The notes under the pieces: generated by a model
The model's database searches: none
What the model saw: the letters and a program-made list of their open reading frames with translations, nothing else
What the model was told of the DNA's origin: nothing
Part shown: positions 1 through 12,700 of the stretch, one piece after another
Layout: every line of letters starts with the position of its first letter
Position numbering within the stretch: position 1 is the first letter of the stretch
Made by a program: the position numbers and the translations under genes
Source of the DNA: Botryllus schlosseri
Lineage: Eukaryota
Direction: 5' to 3'
NCBI GenBank assembly: GCA_051294905.1
Contig: CM119379.1
Span: 5,890,001-5,954,000 of the forward strand
Length of the DNA stretch: 64,000 bases

Positions 1-117
1 AAGAAGTTCATATGAACAAGAGAATCTAGTTAATTTTGACACGAAGGGTTATGACGAAGAGAGTTCATGTTGAAACATCAGCCCGGGTATTTCATTATTA
101 AGAATAGGACGATGTAT

Positions 118-418
118 ATTTTTGTCCTTGAGGATTTTTGACGCATATACACTGACTCATGATGCTCATACACACGATTTGTGCATACGCAAACCATGAG
201 TGCGTGATGAGCATGTGCCGCTGGACAAGGAAGGTACAGATATGGCCTTTTGAGGCTTTCTAAGTCTCGCATCATCTCTCCATGCTATCCTGGTAATGCT
301 GAACGACAAGCAGGATGGATACCAGTGTCACAAATCAGGTCTTTAGTCTGGCCCGGCCGGGGACTGAACCAACGACCTACCGATCAAGAAGCCAGACGCT
401 TCACCATTACGTTATCTT
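118..418 (-). mobile_element. tRNA-derived SINE, family 1
   Basis: Reverse-complement homologue of 28861-29165 over about 300 bp, including the A/B box head. Confidence 0.8.
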
Positions 419-541
419 GTTGTCATTTATAGTAATTATTGCAAAACACGTACTTATTGGAATATTTGGTACCTTGTCTTCTACGCGAGTGAACACGTTT
501 ATACAAAATAATTTAATATCACGTAGAGGAATCATGCTAAC

Positions 542-716
542 TTGTGAAAAGTGGCACGAAATTTCAAAATCGCATCGGTTGTCCATTTGCGGACATTCGT
601 CTTGCGTGATGCGGATATCGTCCAAGGCGATATCACCATCCAATCCACCGCGGATAGCTTCAAATGTAAGTGTGTACGCTTCAACGGTATCGAGGCTGAA
701 GTACGCATACATCCAT
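542..716 (-). CDS. Exon 71, MAM24 end / MAM25 start
   Basis: WMYAYF...GDIALDD...[11 protein letters not shown]; gene continues beyond position 1. Confidence 0.92.
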
Positions 717-3700
717 CTGTAATACAACGCATTTAATACAGATTTGATTCAGAAATAATAGTTTATATGCTACTTGTTTCCAGATGAGCCAGTTCTCGAC
801 CAAAATCTCCACTTTCTATTTCCGTTCGGTATCAATCGGTAAATGTTCAGCGTTCCGACGTTAGGACCAAACATGTGGTAGTAGAATTCGACACATATCT
901 GCACAGATTAGAGATAATGTTGACAGAATAACATACGTGAGACAGCGATTTCATGAATATTCAGGACAGATATATCTTTACTCACAACAGAACCCACTTT
1001 TACAGAGATATATTTACATTTTCTACGACTGTTTGAACTGTAGCAAGAACAGTCACATGAATTTTGATTGGGATTGATCAAGTGTACCCAAGAAAAAATC
1101 ATAGCCACAATCTGCCAAACAAGGGAAGGTTTCTCTTGGGTAACTACTGTTCGAAGTAGGTTGACGCGATAATCCATCAGACATGACAAAGTGTATACAT
1201 CTTTAATTTCGAAGAATACCGGCCCTAAAGCTCTCAAGTGACCAAAATCCCCAGTCCAGTGAATCCAAATGTCTATATCAGCCCAAGTGCCTATAACGTC
1301 TGCAGATCCGATACTATACTAATTATATCATAGTGCCTACTTAAAATGCAGTAAAACTAGAAAATAAGCCCATATTTTCACATACTCGATTGGCGTCATC
1401 AGTTGATGGTGGTTGCAAATAGGTGACCAGCTGAGCCTTCGTATTAGCTGGAGCAGTTCTTGACGAGTCAAAATACACGAAATGTCCAGAGTTACCCGGT
1501 CCAAGAGTGTTATCGTAACCTACGAAATAGTAAATGAATTTAGTTCAAAATTTCTCCCGATTAAATTTAACATGTACCTGGCCCGCTGTGAACAATTATA
1601 GAGTCTACAGCCTCGCCGTAGCCCCAATCAAAATCGTCATCGTTCTGTTCTTGGTACCACCCACACAAGTCAGTTTCAAAGTCGCACGTTAGATTGTATT
1701 GGTTAGCGGGCACGTAATCCGGGCTGCAGTTTACGAATTCAATATCGTCCACTGCGATGTCGGTGGTGCCTACCGCCAGTGGAGACGGGACCCCGCGAAA
1801 CTCAACCTTTAAACAGAAGGAACTGAATACAGTGGATCAGTTTAACACTAACTCAAGACTCTATCAATTCTTATTGTCCAATGGCGTAAAAATCAATAAT
1901 AGTTGATTGTACAAGGTAAAAATTTGACCACAACAAGCTGGAATATCGTAATGAGGCTGATTACAGTATAATAGTATAACAGTATTACAAGCAGAGGCGT
2001 TCAAAGTAATCAGCGTTGCTACCAAAGTAGAATTAGGAGTAACATCTTAAATTTCTAGTCAATTGCAAGTAAAAGTAACGATATTTAAGATGTGTCAAAA
2101 TTACTTCAAGTGGAAGCAGAAAATGAAAGGTGGTGAGTAATTTCAAAAAGTAAACTGATCAAGGGTCGCATATTTTTAGCAGTTTACCAGAACTGGTTAC
2201 TTAAAGTGATGCAAACTTATCCAAAAAACTGTAGTCTACTTGTGAAAATTCATAGTGTCAGAAGTATGTAGTTTTGCCTGCAAAATTGTTACGTAGAAGA
2301 GGAAATGGTAAACAAACTTGACCATCTTAGTGAGTAGTGCAGGTACACCTCATTTCTGACCACCTCAGGTTACAACATACCTTGAAACCGGCTGGTCTTC
2401 TGCCAACGGGTGCATATTGTAGACTCCATTGTCTTCCCTCAGTGCCGACACGGAACCAAACGTCTCTATAGTTATTATCGTTATCTGCGTCAGGATACAC
2501 GCGTACAAACACCTCACCGGCATCACCTGTGATCAAAGGTCAAGATACTCAGGTCTGAGAATTTGATCACCGATAAGTGACAGATGATTACCAGTCCCTG
2601 CGAGCCATAAGTAGAATTTCATCTGACAGGCCAAGCCTGTTTCGCCCATCGGCACGGTCTGCATGATTGCTTTAGCCAAAAACGAGGATTGAGTATTGTC
2701 GATACGCATCATATACCCTGATAACGAATTGAATCATATTATAACAATAATAATATCAATATTATAATTATAGTGTCGAATATAGCAATAGGTCACCGCT
2801 ACACTAGGGTGCTGTACATAAAGGCAATAACACATAGAAAGTATAACTATATGTATAAAAATAGAGTGCATAGCTGTAGGGAAAGAATGAACACTGGACT
2901 TGGAATAGTTGGAATACAGGTACAAATAAAAAAGGGTTTTGATTTAATTGAAAGCATCTAGTAACTCCAAAACATGTAGTGAGTCAGATAAGTTGCTAAG
3001 GAATAGGAAGTTTTCTATTTCTGTCCTTGATATTTTTGCAGCATATACATCACCACATGATAAACATACCTGTAAATATTCATACCATGGGTAGAATATG
3101 TGCATATGCCGCTGGACAAGGATGGTGCACATATAGCGTTCTAAGGCTTTCTAAGTCTTCAACCACCCCTTCATGCTAACTCACAAATGCTTAGCGTCAA
3201 ACGGGGAAGCTACAGACACCTGTTTTACTGATCACGTCTTCGGTCTGTCCCGGACAAGGATTGAAGCCATGACCTACCAATTAAGAAACCGGACGCTCCA
3301 CTATTACACTCTTTTGTCGACAAAAGCTGGAACATTGTTCGACCGAATGGCAGCCATTTCATAAAGTTACGAGTGTTTGATAAATTTGATCGCAATACCT
3401 GATTGCAATCCTGTGGTGTGGTCTCCTTGTGGTCCGTTGGGATCGAGAATGTATTGTGCGGTCTCTCGCAACCAAGCCCAGGTTCCAGAGCTGATATCGG
3501 CCCATCCGCAAGTGTCGGTTTCAAAATCGCACGTTGCGCATATGTTCTCATCGCCCGCACCGGCAGGGCAGTTGTTCGTGTAATCGCAAACCTGTTCGCA
3601 GTCAATAAAGTCAGTCCATTCCAGCAGTTAAACATCACGACCTTCTATCCTAGGTTGGTGACTTGAAGTGATTTTGGAAAGGCCACAAACTGGTTTAACT

Positions 3701-6700
3701 TTTGCTCAGTGACTTAGTACTTCTACTATTGCTCATCCACTACATGCTCAACTGGTAATAATTTAGAGTTCTTCAACCTCTACTTCACAGTTTTATGTTT
3801 TTAGGCAAAACAAAACCTAGAATATTTTTACTTAATTGGAAGTCTCAACTCCTACTTGTACTTGCGTAGTAATTACGACATTACGTCTACTAGAGTACCG
3901 ATGATGATTTATTTGAAACGTACGCTCTTCACTCATGCTGTATCTCATTCTTGGGTTCATCAACTACAGTCTTACAGAAAAAATTTTTCACATTTCCATG
4001 GTTTACGAAGCTTTTATTTCAAAATCCCTCGGTATTGTTACAACAGATAAATATTATAGGAAAAGATATCGATAGATGCGGATATTGTATTTTGACAGAT
4101 ACAATTTAGTTTCGAAAGTCATAACAAGTCGGATTTCATTCTGATTTCCACTACTGAATTGTATTCAACTAAATAAAAACTGATCAGAGAGACATACCTG
4201 CGACGTGCTTATGCAGGTAAAGCCGTCGTCACAGACAGTTTGACCGGTACTGCAAGGCGACGGCGTGGTAGGTGGCATAGTACCAGGTGGCAGGGATCCG
4301 TCATAGAACAGGCAACCTTCGCCGAACACAATATCATCGATTGCGATATCACCCTCATGACCGTCACCAACTATTCCTTCGATCATGACCTGAGGACAAA
4401 CCACGCCAGTTGTATCAACATGCTACTCTACAACTTCTTGAGTAAAGGACACTCTCTTTTTAACTCATACGACTTCTTGATTTAAAAAAAGGGAACATCA
4501 TGTACTTGAAACGAGTGAATTCAATTCTTTTAATTTGTATCAACCACCACAAATACTGTTGCATTATATACTGCTAAAAATATCGTTGAAATTCTGTATG
4601 CGCATTTTAGACTTTGAAAGTTATAGGTTTTTAAGGAGTGGTTAACTGAGTATGGGTCTAAACCCAAACATAGGTCACAGAGGGTAGAAATTTGGTTCGC
4701 TATAATTATTACAGTTGAACTAATATTTAAAAAATTTATAGGTTCTTGTGACCTCAACTACAGCCATCATATAGCTTTTCACGTTCTCTGCGTTGGCGTA
4801 AAATTTAAAGATTTAGTGATCTATGAGCGTGAAAATGACGAGAAAAAAGTTGGTGACCACTTTTGTATTTGACTCAATAAAACAGAAATGGGGATTGAGT
4901 ATATTTTGAAGGATAAATTTCAGTGATGTGAACGGCACTGATATTTTTGCGATAAGTCATGCGCTTTATAGAACTGTGAAGAGTTCACCCTACAACGAAC
5001 TGGTTAGCCACATCTATTCAGGCATGTCCAGAAAAAACAGAGGCAGTTAACATGAAACTAAATTCGATGAGTTAGACTTGGGTGTTCAGACAACTATAAA
5101 ACTCAGTTTTGGGTCACACTCTAAAAATTTGTGAACCACTGGTTTAAAACGTCGCCCACCTGGAAGTCTTTAGCATCGGCAAGCGTCAGCTCACCCCTGG
5201 CAAAATAGTCTTGTTCCAAGGCATTACGTCTGTACCACACCAGGGTCCAGGGTCCGCCATCCTGAAGCATAGCTGATTACTCTAGGATACATTCTAAAAC
5301 CATAATAAGTCATCTTACCGCAGTTCTCTTGTATATGTTGAGCTCTCCGACATGCCGACCGATCATGTGATAGTAAAAACGCATCGTACAATACGGCAGA
5401 GTAACAATGTTACGTAACGGTGGGAATGTGAAGATTGCGGTGTCACCGGGGAAGTTAGGCCGTGCCGCATTCATGTATAAGTAGAATCTAGACATGAATT
5501 TTGATATAATCACAATATATATATAACAAGGGGTGGTCAAAGCTGTTGATGCGCAACAGGGTTGTAACCAAGTCACAAGCCAATCTCACTTCTATGGTTT
5601 CGAATCGATTCAAGTAGAAATATAAGTATTCTAAAACCATAACCACTTGAGTACTCCAAAAAAGGTTAAAGTACGTCATTACTGACCACCTCTGTATATA
5701 ACATATCCGTCTGTTAAGTGAAAATCTCCAGTTCAGATATATCAGTGCGAAATTAAATATGACCACCATAATTAGGAAGCAAAAGCTTGACAGAACTTGA
5801 AGAAACAGGATTGTTTGACCACCATCATGATTAGTCAGGTATAGCGTACACCAGGGGTGGGCAAACTTTTGAGCTCGCGGGCCGCATTCAACATCTGAAT
5901 CCATTCGCGGGCCGCACTATGTAAAATTGGGATTATATACCAAAACGCAATATTGCTGGTATTTGATTATATTATAGTGAGGACATGGAGATAATATATA
6001 TGCTTATTTAAAACAAACTAAACGTTGCTATGATGACATCGTACACGCGCCAGAAATAATGGCGAGATTTCATAGGCTGGTCGACCTCAATAACCAATTT
6101 GTCTAAACTATAGAGATGAAAGTATGTTTTCCCGATTCTTAGAACAGGATTGAAATTTAAATGTGTGAGCAGTGATCTGCTTAGATTTACTAATTCCACT
6201 TTTGGTTCAGTTCCAGGACAAACAATGCTGACAGCATCATAACCATGTTAGCTTCAAACACGCTTCTACTATTGTTGTAGATAAAATATATATACCCTAA
6301 TTCTACGCATACAGAGAACGAATCTATTTAAGACACGCGCAAATCGTGTTTTATAAGCACATCACTGAAATAATTGAAACTGGAGTGGCCAATCTGAAAT
6401 CACACTCGTGATCCGAATTACGTCTATCTCGTTTAGGATTTCTGTGATGTTTAACAGTTGAAACCTTTCAAACTGCGTGGGCCTTGAGATCGGGCTGTCG
6501 CACCAGAAATTAAACAGTAAAAATAATATAGGAAATACTTACCTTAGAAAAGTGGTTCTATAACTTTTTAAGACATGCCCCTCCCTTATGATGGTGAAAG
6601 ATTTCGCGCCCCCTTATCGTCATATCACAAAACGTAACCAGTATGCTATAGCAAACCTAACGGATAGTTTGGTGGCATGGGAGGTTACGACTATTGATGA

Positions 6701-9700
6701 GAGATTTTTGAATATGAAATTCATACCAAATACAGAGCAATAATTATGAACTTGAAGTAAATCGCGCAGAGCGCGAAAAAAATTTTCAGTCGAGCTCAGC
6801 TTCGCGATCTCCTTCAGATGCTTTCACGACCCCAAGGGGCACGCGTCCCCCAGATTGAGAACCAATGCCTTAGAATTATCATGGTGAATTATACTAAAAA
6901 AAGTTTAATCAGGTCCCTGCACTAATTTGATTTTTAGTACGCATTTTATCAATATTTTTAATAAGTTTCTGTAGACTTTCGCGGGCCGCACAGAACGGTG
7001 TTGCGGGCCGCATGCGGCCCGCGGGCCGTAGTTTGCCCACCCCTGGCGTACACCGACGAAAACAAAATGCTGTCTTAGTTGTGGGAATTGACAAAATTTA
7101 AGTACTTAAAAGGTATAACATTCTATGTTGTAAAGAAACGAAAATCGATACGTATTGTACCTACAAATTAGACGATTCCCTTCCTGATAACGGATTACAA
7201 CTTTGTAACAAATTTGATGGATATCTGATACAATGCCAATATTGTGGAATTCAAATAAACGGGAGTTTATATGAAATATTTTCATTGTCGTGTTCGGATA
7301 TATCAAAAGCTAAGAAGACCTTAATCTTATGCAGAATTACTTCCAGCACTGTGTGTTTAGCAAAGAAATTGAGACTTCTAAAATCTCGTGGCAAGTTTTT
7401 GATACAAGATTCTCGTCAACAATAATCTTTTAAGAGACGATTTGAGGTACAAAACTTCAATATACAATTGAATGATATACTTATATTGAAATATCGACTA
7501 TTTTTGAGCTGATGAGTACCATTGACGAGTGTGTCGGAAATATTCCGGTTTATATCAATATGAATTAATTATTCAGCTGTACGTATCGTGACATGTTATG
7601 CAGGAATGATTGATCCACTTACCCCGCGTCAGTGTTGGTGGTATGATCTCTCGTCGGTCCAGTCCCGGTGTTTGTCGGCGAGTCTGCACGTCTGCGCTCC
7701 CAATCGAAATCATCTTCCGCGGAGTTGTAACCATTGCATAAGTCGTCTTCGAAATCGCATTTAGTGTAAAGAACGCAAGACGCCTCGTCTGATGCATCGC
7801 CGCAGTTATCCGTCATATCACAAACAGTGTCGACCGAAACGCAAGCTCCATTGGCACACCTGAGAAATCAAGGTAATGTATCGATATCCGAATTTTACTA
7901 TTAAATCATCCTTCCTTCGGGTTGAGCCATCCGACCTTCGTTGAATATGCAAGGAGTAACAAAAATCACATTTGCATTGTGTGTACTGTATATTGCATTG
8001 CACATTGTGTGTGTGTCTTGGCCAGATGCAAATATAATCTGACGATTGATTGATTGATCACTATGCCACTGGACTCACAAAATTCGAGCAGTTCCCCGTA
8101 ATATACTTGTACTCACTGGTATTCATCGCCAGCACAGGAAGGCTCAGGCTGGGGAAGCGCACAAGCACTGTATTCAATGTCGTCCACCGCGAGATCGCTG
8201 GGTCCGGTCACACTTTTGAATGCAATAAAGGTGAGAAGGTATGGTTGGGAGATCCGTCCTGCAGAAATGGGAGTTATGATGTAAGGAAAACTGAAATGTA
8301 GCGAACAACAAGCAATACAACTTGTTTTGTTGAAACTAGCAACTTTATTTTGATTGTTCGGTTTCTTAGAAAACAACTGTGAATTGCTAGCCTCTATTAT
8401 TTTGTCAAATGTCTCAAAAGTGTACTACTGGAATTTTGAGAATTTCCCTAAAAAGTAATCTTAGCCATAACATATAGCTTGTGTATTGAGCGAGTTGTAG
8501 GCTAATAGTCAGCCCTCGAGACTATCGGTCCCACAATCTGATATATCAACTTCACCCACTGACAAATGCCAAATTCATTTTCATGGCTTGTCCTTTTATT
8601 ATCTTCGATTATTTTCACTCAATGTGCATGTGCATATCTCTTATTTACACGCTGAAGGCCAAAGTAGGTGTCTGATTAAAAGAATACTCCAAGTCCCTTT
8701 AAATAGGACACCCTCCTACCTTTTCATTATATTACAATCTTGCGGTGTTACTCAATGAATAAATATATCAATAAATGACTTACTGACTGGCTTTTAAAAC
8801 AGTTTAGTACAGTGTTTCCCAACCGGGGAGGAATTCCCCCCTTGGGGGGAATTTTGCAATTTTTAGGGAGGAATTCCACTTTAGAATTATAACGGATTTC
8901 CCAAATTGTTCATGTCCGAACTGTCATGTAGTCAACCAGTTATATCAGAACGTATGCTCCTTATAGCTGTTTTTTTGCTGATAGTATGGTCAAATGCTAT
9001 TTGAAATCTCTTTCTCACATACCAGTTCCCCCTTGTTTTTTTTAAACTAGTTCAGATGTGCTGCAGTTCGCAAGACAATTTTGTAGGCCAGAGACGGCCT
9101 CTCAATCAAATATATTCTAAGCGAGCAAATGTCCTGCCGAATCTATCACAACAAGGCCTCTAACGAAAGTATTTATCTTATATTTTCAAGTCAACATTTT
9201 CATAAAGTGACAAAATATTCCAACGCCATCGGTTCAAGTCAAAGTGATCGCTAGCCTGCCTTTATTTTTAGTGAACAGCTACTCGATCGAAAAAATGCAT
9301 GAAAAACTTGGTGCAATGTTGCCGAAACAGAATGAGAGTCCTAAATTTCAATGAGCTCAAGCAGGATATCTGATCACGTGTATGTTATATATCAGGGCTG
9401 TAACCAAGTCACGAGGCTCCGAGTCAATCTCACTTTAATAGTTTTGACTCGAATCAAGTCGAGTCATTTTCAATTCACTATTGAGTCAAGTCCGACGGTC
9501 CAAGTCACCGAGCATAGGGTCGAGTCAGATTCATGGTACTATGACTCGAATCCGAGTCCAAGACATTGTGTTGACTGCTCAATTTCCAGCTGAAGTCTTG
9601 TTAGACTCACTTTTTATAACTCTGTTTGGTAATATTGAATGATTTTGATTTATAATATACTAATTTTCTTCACTTTGAGCAGTTTATTGTCGCATTTCCA

Positions 9701-12700
9701 AGTACCAGGACCAATAGACGAAATTCCAATAGGAAGGCCACTTTACTGTTCTTCGAAATTACAATGAAATGTCGGTCTTGGCCGTCTTATAGTCACGAGT
9801 CATATGGCTTGGTTCGAGTCATGTACAATGACTCCAAGTCGAGTCAATACACAGATTGTCTCTAGTCGAGTCTAGTCGTTTCCCAATTTTGTGAAAATGA
9901 CTCGAGTCAAGTCGAGACATCAGAAAATGCTGACTCGAGTTCGACTCGAGTGTGGTCAATCCTGCTATATATGAAAGTACCAATATTATTGGCCAAATGC
10001 ATACGCAAACTTGAGAAAAAAATCGCGAGACCAGTAAATCTATGCATACTGATTTTTCGCAGCAGTTATATTAGCGATTGGTCCATGATAAGGCAAAAAC
10101 ACAAAGGGAAATAGGAGGGTCTGTTGAGTCAAGTCTTCCAGAATTTATTTGATTGGGACCAATACCATTTGTTTTTGGAGGTCAACAAAGTGTTGTTACT
10201 GCCAGAAACAAACACGCTATACTACCCGTCTTATTCTTCGGTGATTGCGCGGTTAAAAATGACCTTTCTTAATCATTGGGCAGATTTCTCCTAAGGGGGG
10301 AATTTTGACTCAAATTTTGGCCAAGGGAGGCACGAGATGAAAAAGGTTGGGAACCACTGGTTTAGTACAACACTTTCAGTATTTTAAGTCCAAGCTAAAC
10401 CAAGAGCCCTATATTATATGACCAAAGATGCGGAAAAAGACGTTCCAAGTTCTAAATCAATTCAATATACCTATATAGACATTTCCCTGCTTCCATTCGT
10501 TTCCTTCATCGTTACTACGTTCCCACACCAAGAAATTCCTTCCGGTGTTCAGCAAAGTAATATAGATCGCCAGTCTACCAGGGTTAGGATTTAGCAGCGT
10601 CTCAGTGAAGCCTCTGCCGGACATGTGATACCAAAACAGTAGCTAAAAGAAATATAAAAAGGTAAAAAGTAGTATGCGAAGGATGTATTTGAGAAATATA
10701 TGTAATGCGAAAGATAGCTAAATCATTGGGAATAGATGAAATTGAGTATTGAGCTGAAAGTTGTATTTGAGAACTCAACTGATCCAATCACACTACAAAT
10801 CAAATTATGAGCTTGCCACTTTGGGAAGGTAATACATATACAATGTAATATTGACATTGATTGTTGGCTGAAATAGAATTGATATCAACGTTTTTAACGA
10901 TTTGTAATCAGATTTAGAGGCTGAGATTAACGATTAAAAGCTAGCTAATGCTGTAAGTCAAGTAATATTCTTTTTGATAGAATGTGCTTTCAGTGCTTGA
11001 CGGAACAAAAAACATGTCCAGTCATCCTCAATTGTTTCATTCAATACTCAGTTTTAAGTACCATAAGTACTCAAGAATTAGATTGTTATCTAATTACATT
11101 CAAATGATTGAAAGCGATGCATCTGATAGATAGCAGCAGTGCAAATTCATTTTTTTCTTTATTTCAATTCAGTCACCACTAATTTCAAAGTAATATGTCT
11201 CATCGATAGGCACTAGCTCTTTTTAAACGGCAAAAAAGTCATTACATGCCACAGTTACATCTTGCTGAGGAAACTGATATCAATTGTATAATTACCTGGC
11301 AGGTATCGCTTGCTGGTCTCAATGTTTGTGTCACCATGATAGCTTGAGAGCCTCTATCTCCATCGCTACCCTCGACAGCCATGTAATAACCTAATAAAGA
11401 TGGTAAAATAAGTAACAGTACCATCCCAATATACAAGTATATTCAAAATCAACATTAAACACAACCTACCTTCCGAGGACCCTAGGGTGTGGTCGATTGA
11501 TGGTCCTGTTGCAATTCCAGAAGTGCCGCCGCGGTCTCGCTTCCATACAAAGCTACCGAGAGATAAATCGACCCATCCGCACGCGTCGTCTTCAAATGTA
11601 CAAGCCCCGCAAGAGCCCTCGTCGTAATTGTTCGCACAGTCTGATAACAGCAATAGGTACCATCAGTGATCAATTAAATACGCCATTTCCTAGCATCGGA
11701 TGAATCACCTCTAAATATGGTACAAGCTCAAGTGTTTTGATTATTCGTTCTTACACTTCAATGTATTTGATATTTTTACATTATTGTGTTGTAAAATTGT
11801 CAAGAACGACAAGCAGTATGGCCATAGCATCATGATCTAGGGTCGCATCTTGGGATTTAAAGGTCGAAATGAGTTACCAGCAAGAAAATATTTCACACGA
11901 GTAATTTCCAAACCGTTCATTTTATTTTTCTGTTTCAAATAGTTTCGACTTCCTTTAGAAGGCTGAGCTTTAAGTCGCAAATTTTAGTTAGAAAGCATCA
12001 TTGGCAACATTGACCAGTGGTGAAGCAAAAGTGAGTCATCGGCAATTCTTTGTTTCGTATTTGGATACGTTGTAAGTGGTAGCAGTTGCATGACTCATTC
12101 TTGTCTGCTGTCTAGGTTGCACAGGTATGCAGTGTGTTCGTATGTCTTTATCAAATCAATATAACAATTAAAACAATATAACAATAAAACAATATAAATT
12201 AAACAATATAAATTAAACAATATAACAATTAAATCCAAACCGAACAAAAGTCATAGCATGATATACCATAGTATTGTATTCCTTGAAGTTTAATACCATC
12301 ACTTTACTCAATTCATCAAATACAGATGCCATTTCACAGCTCTCTTAATGTATTTTTAATGGAAAATTGAGTGTGATATGACAAAAATAACCAGAAGTGT
12401 GTGATTTGACACAATAATTTGATAACCTGTTATCATTTATGCAAAATTTATGAGCAGCATTGAGTAGAGTACCTTGGATGTAGTCGCATATTTGAGTGGT
12501 CATTATCTGAGTGTCATCACCATTTCCACATTCATCCAAAGTAGGGGGTGGAGCAGTCGAGCAACTGCCTGGAATAAAAGAATGGCATAGATTTTCTTGT
12601 CATAAAATTTATCACAAATTCCAAAAGAATTCTCAGATAAGATTGAAACAACAGAAATTCGCAGTGTAAATAGTCGTGCTATTCCAGTAAAAAGTCAAGT

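Noticed and set aside
908-1310. ORF 908-1237 as an exon
   Set aside because: Not MAM-like; exon 69 (...DDANR) splices in frame to exon 70 (ICVEFYY...).
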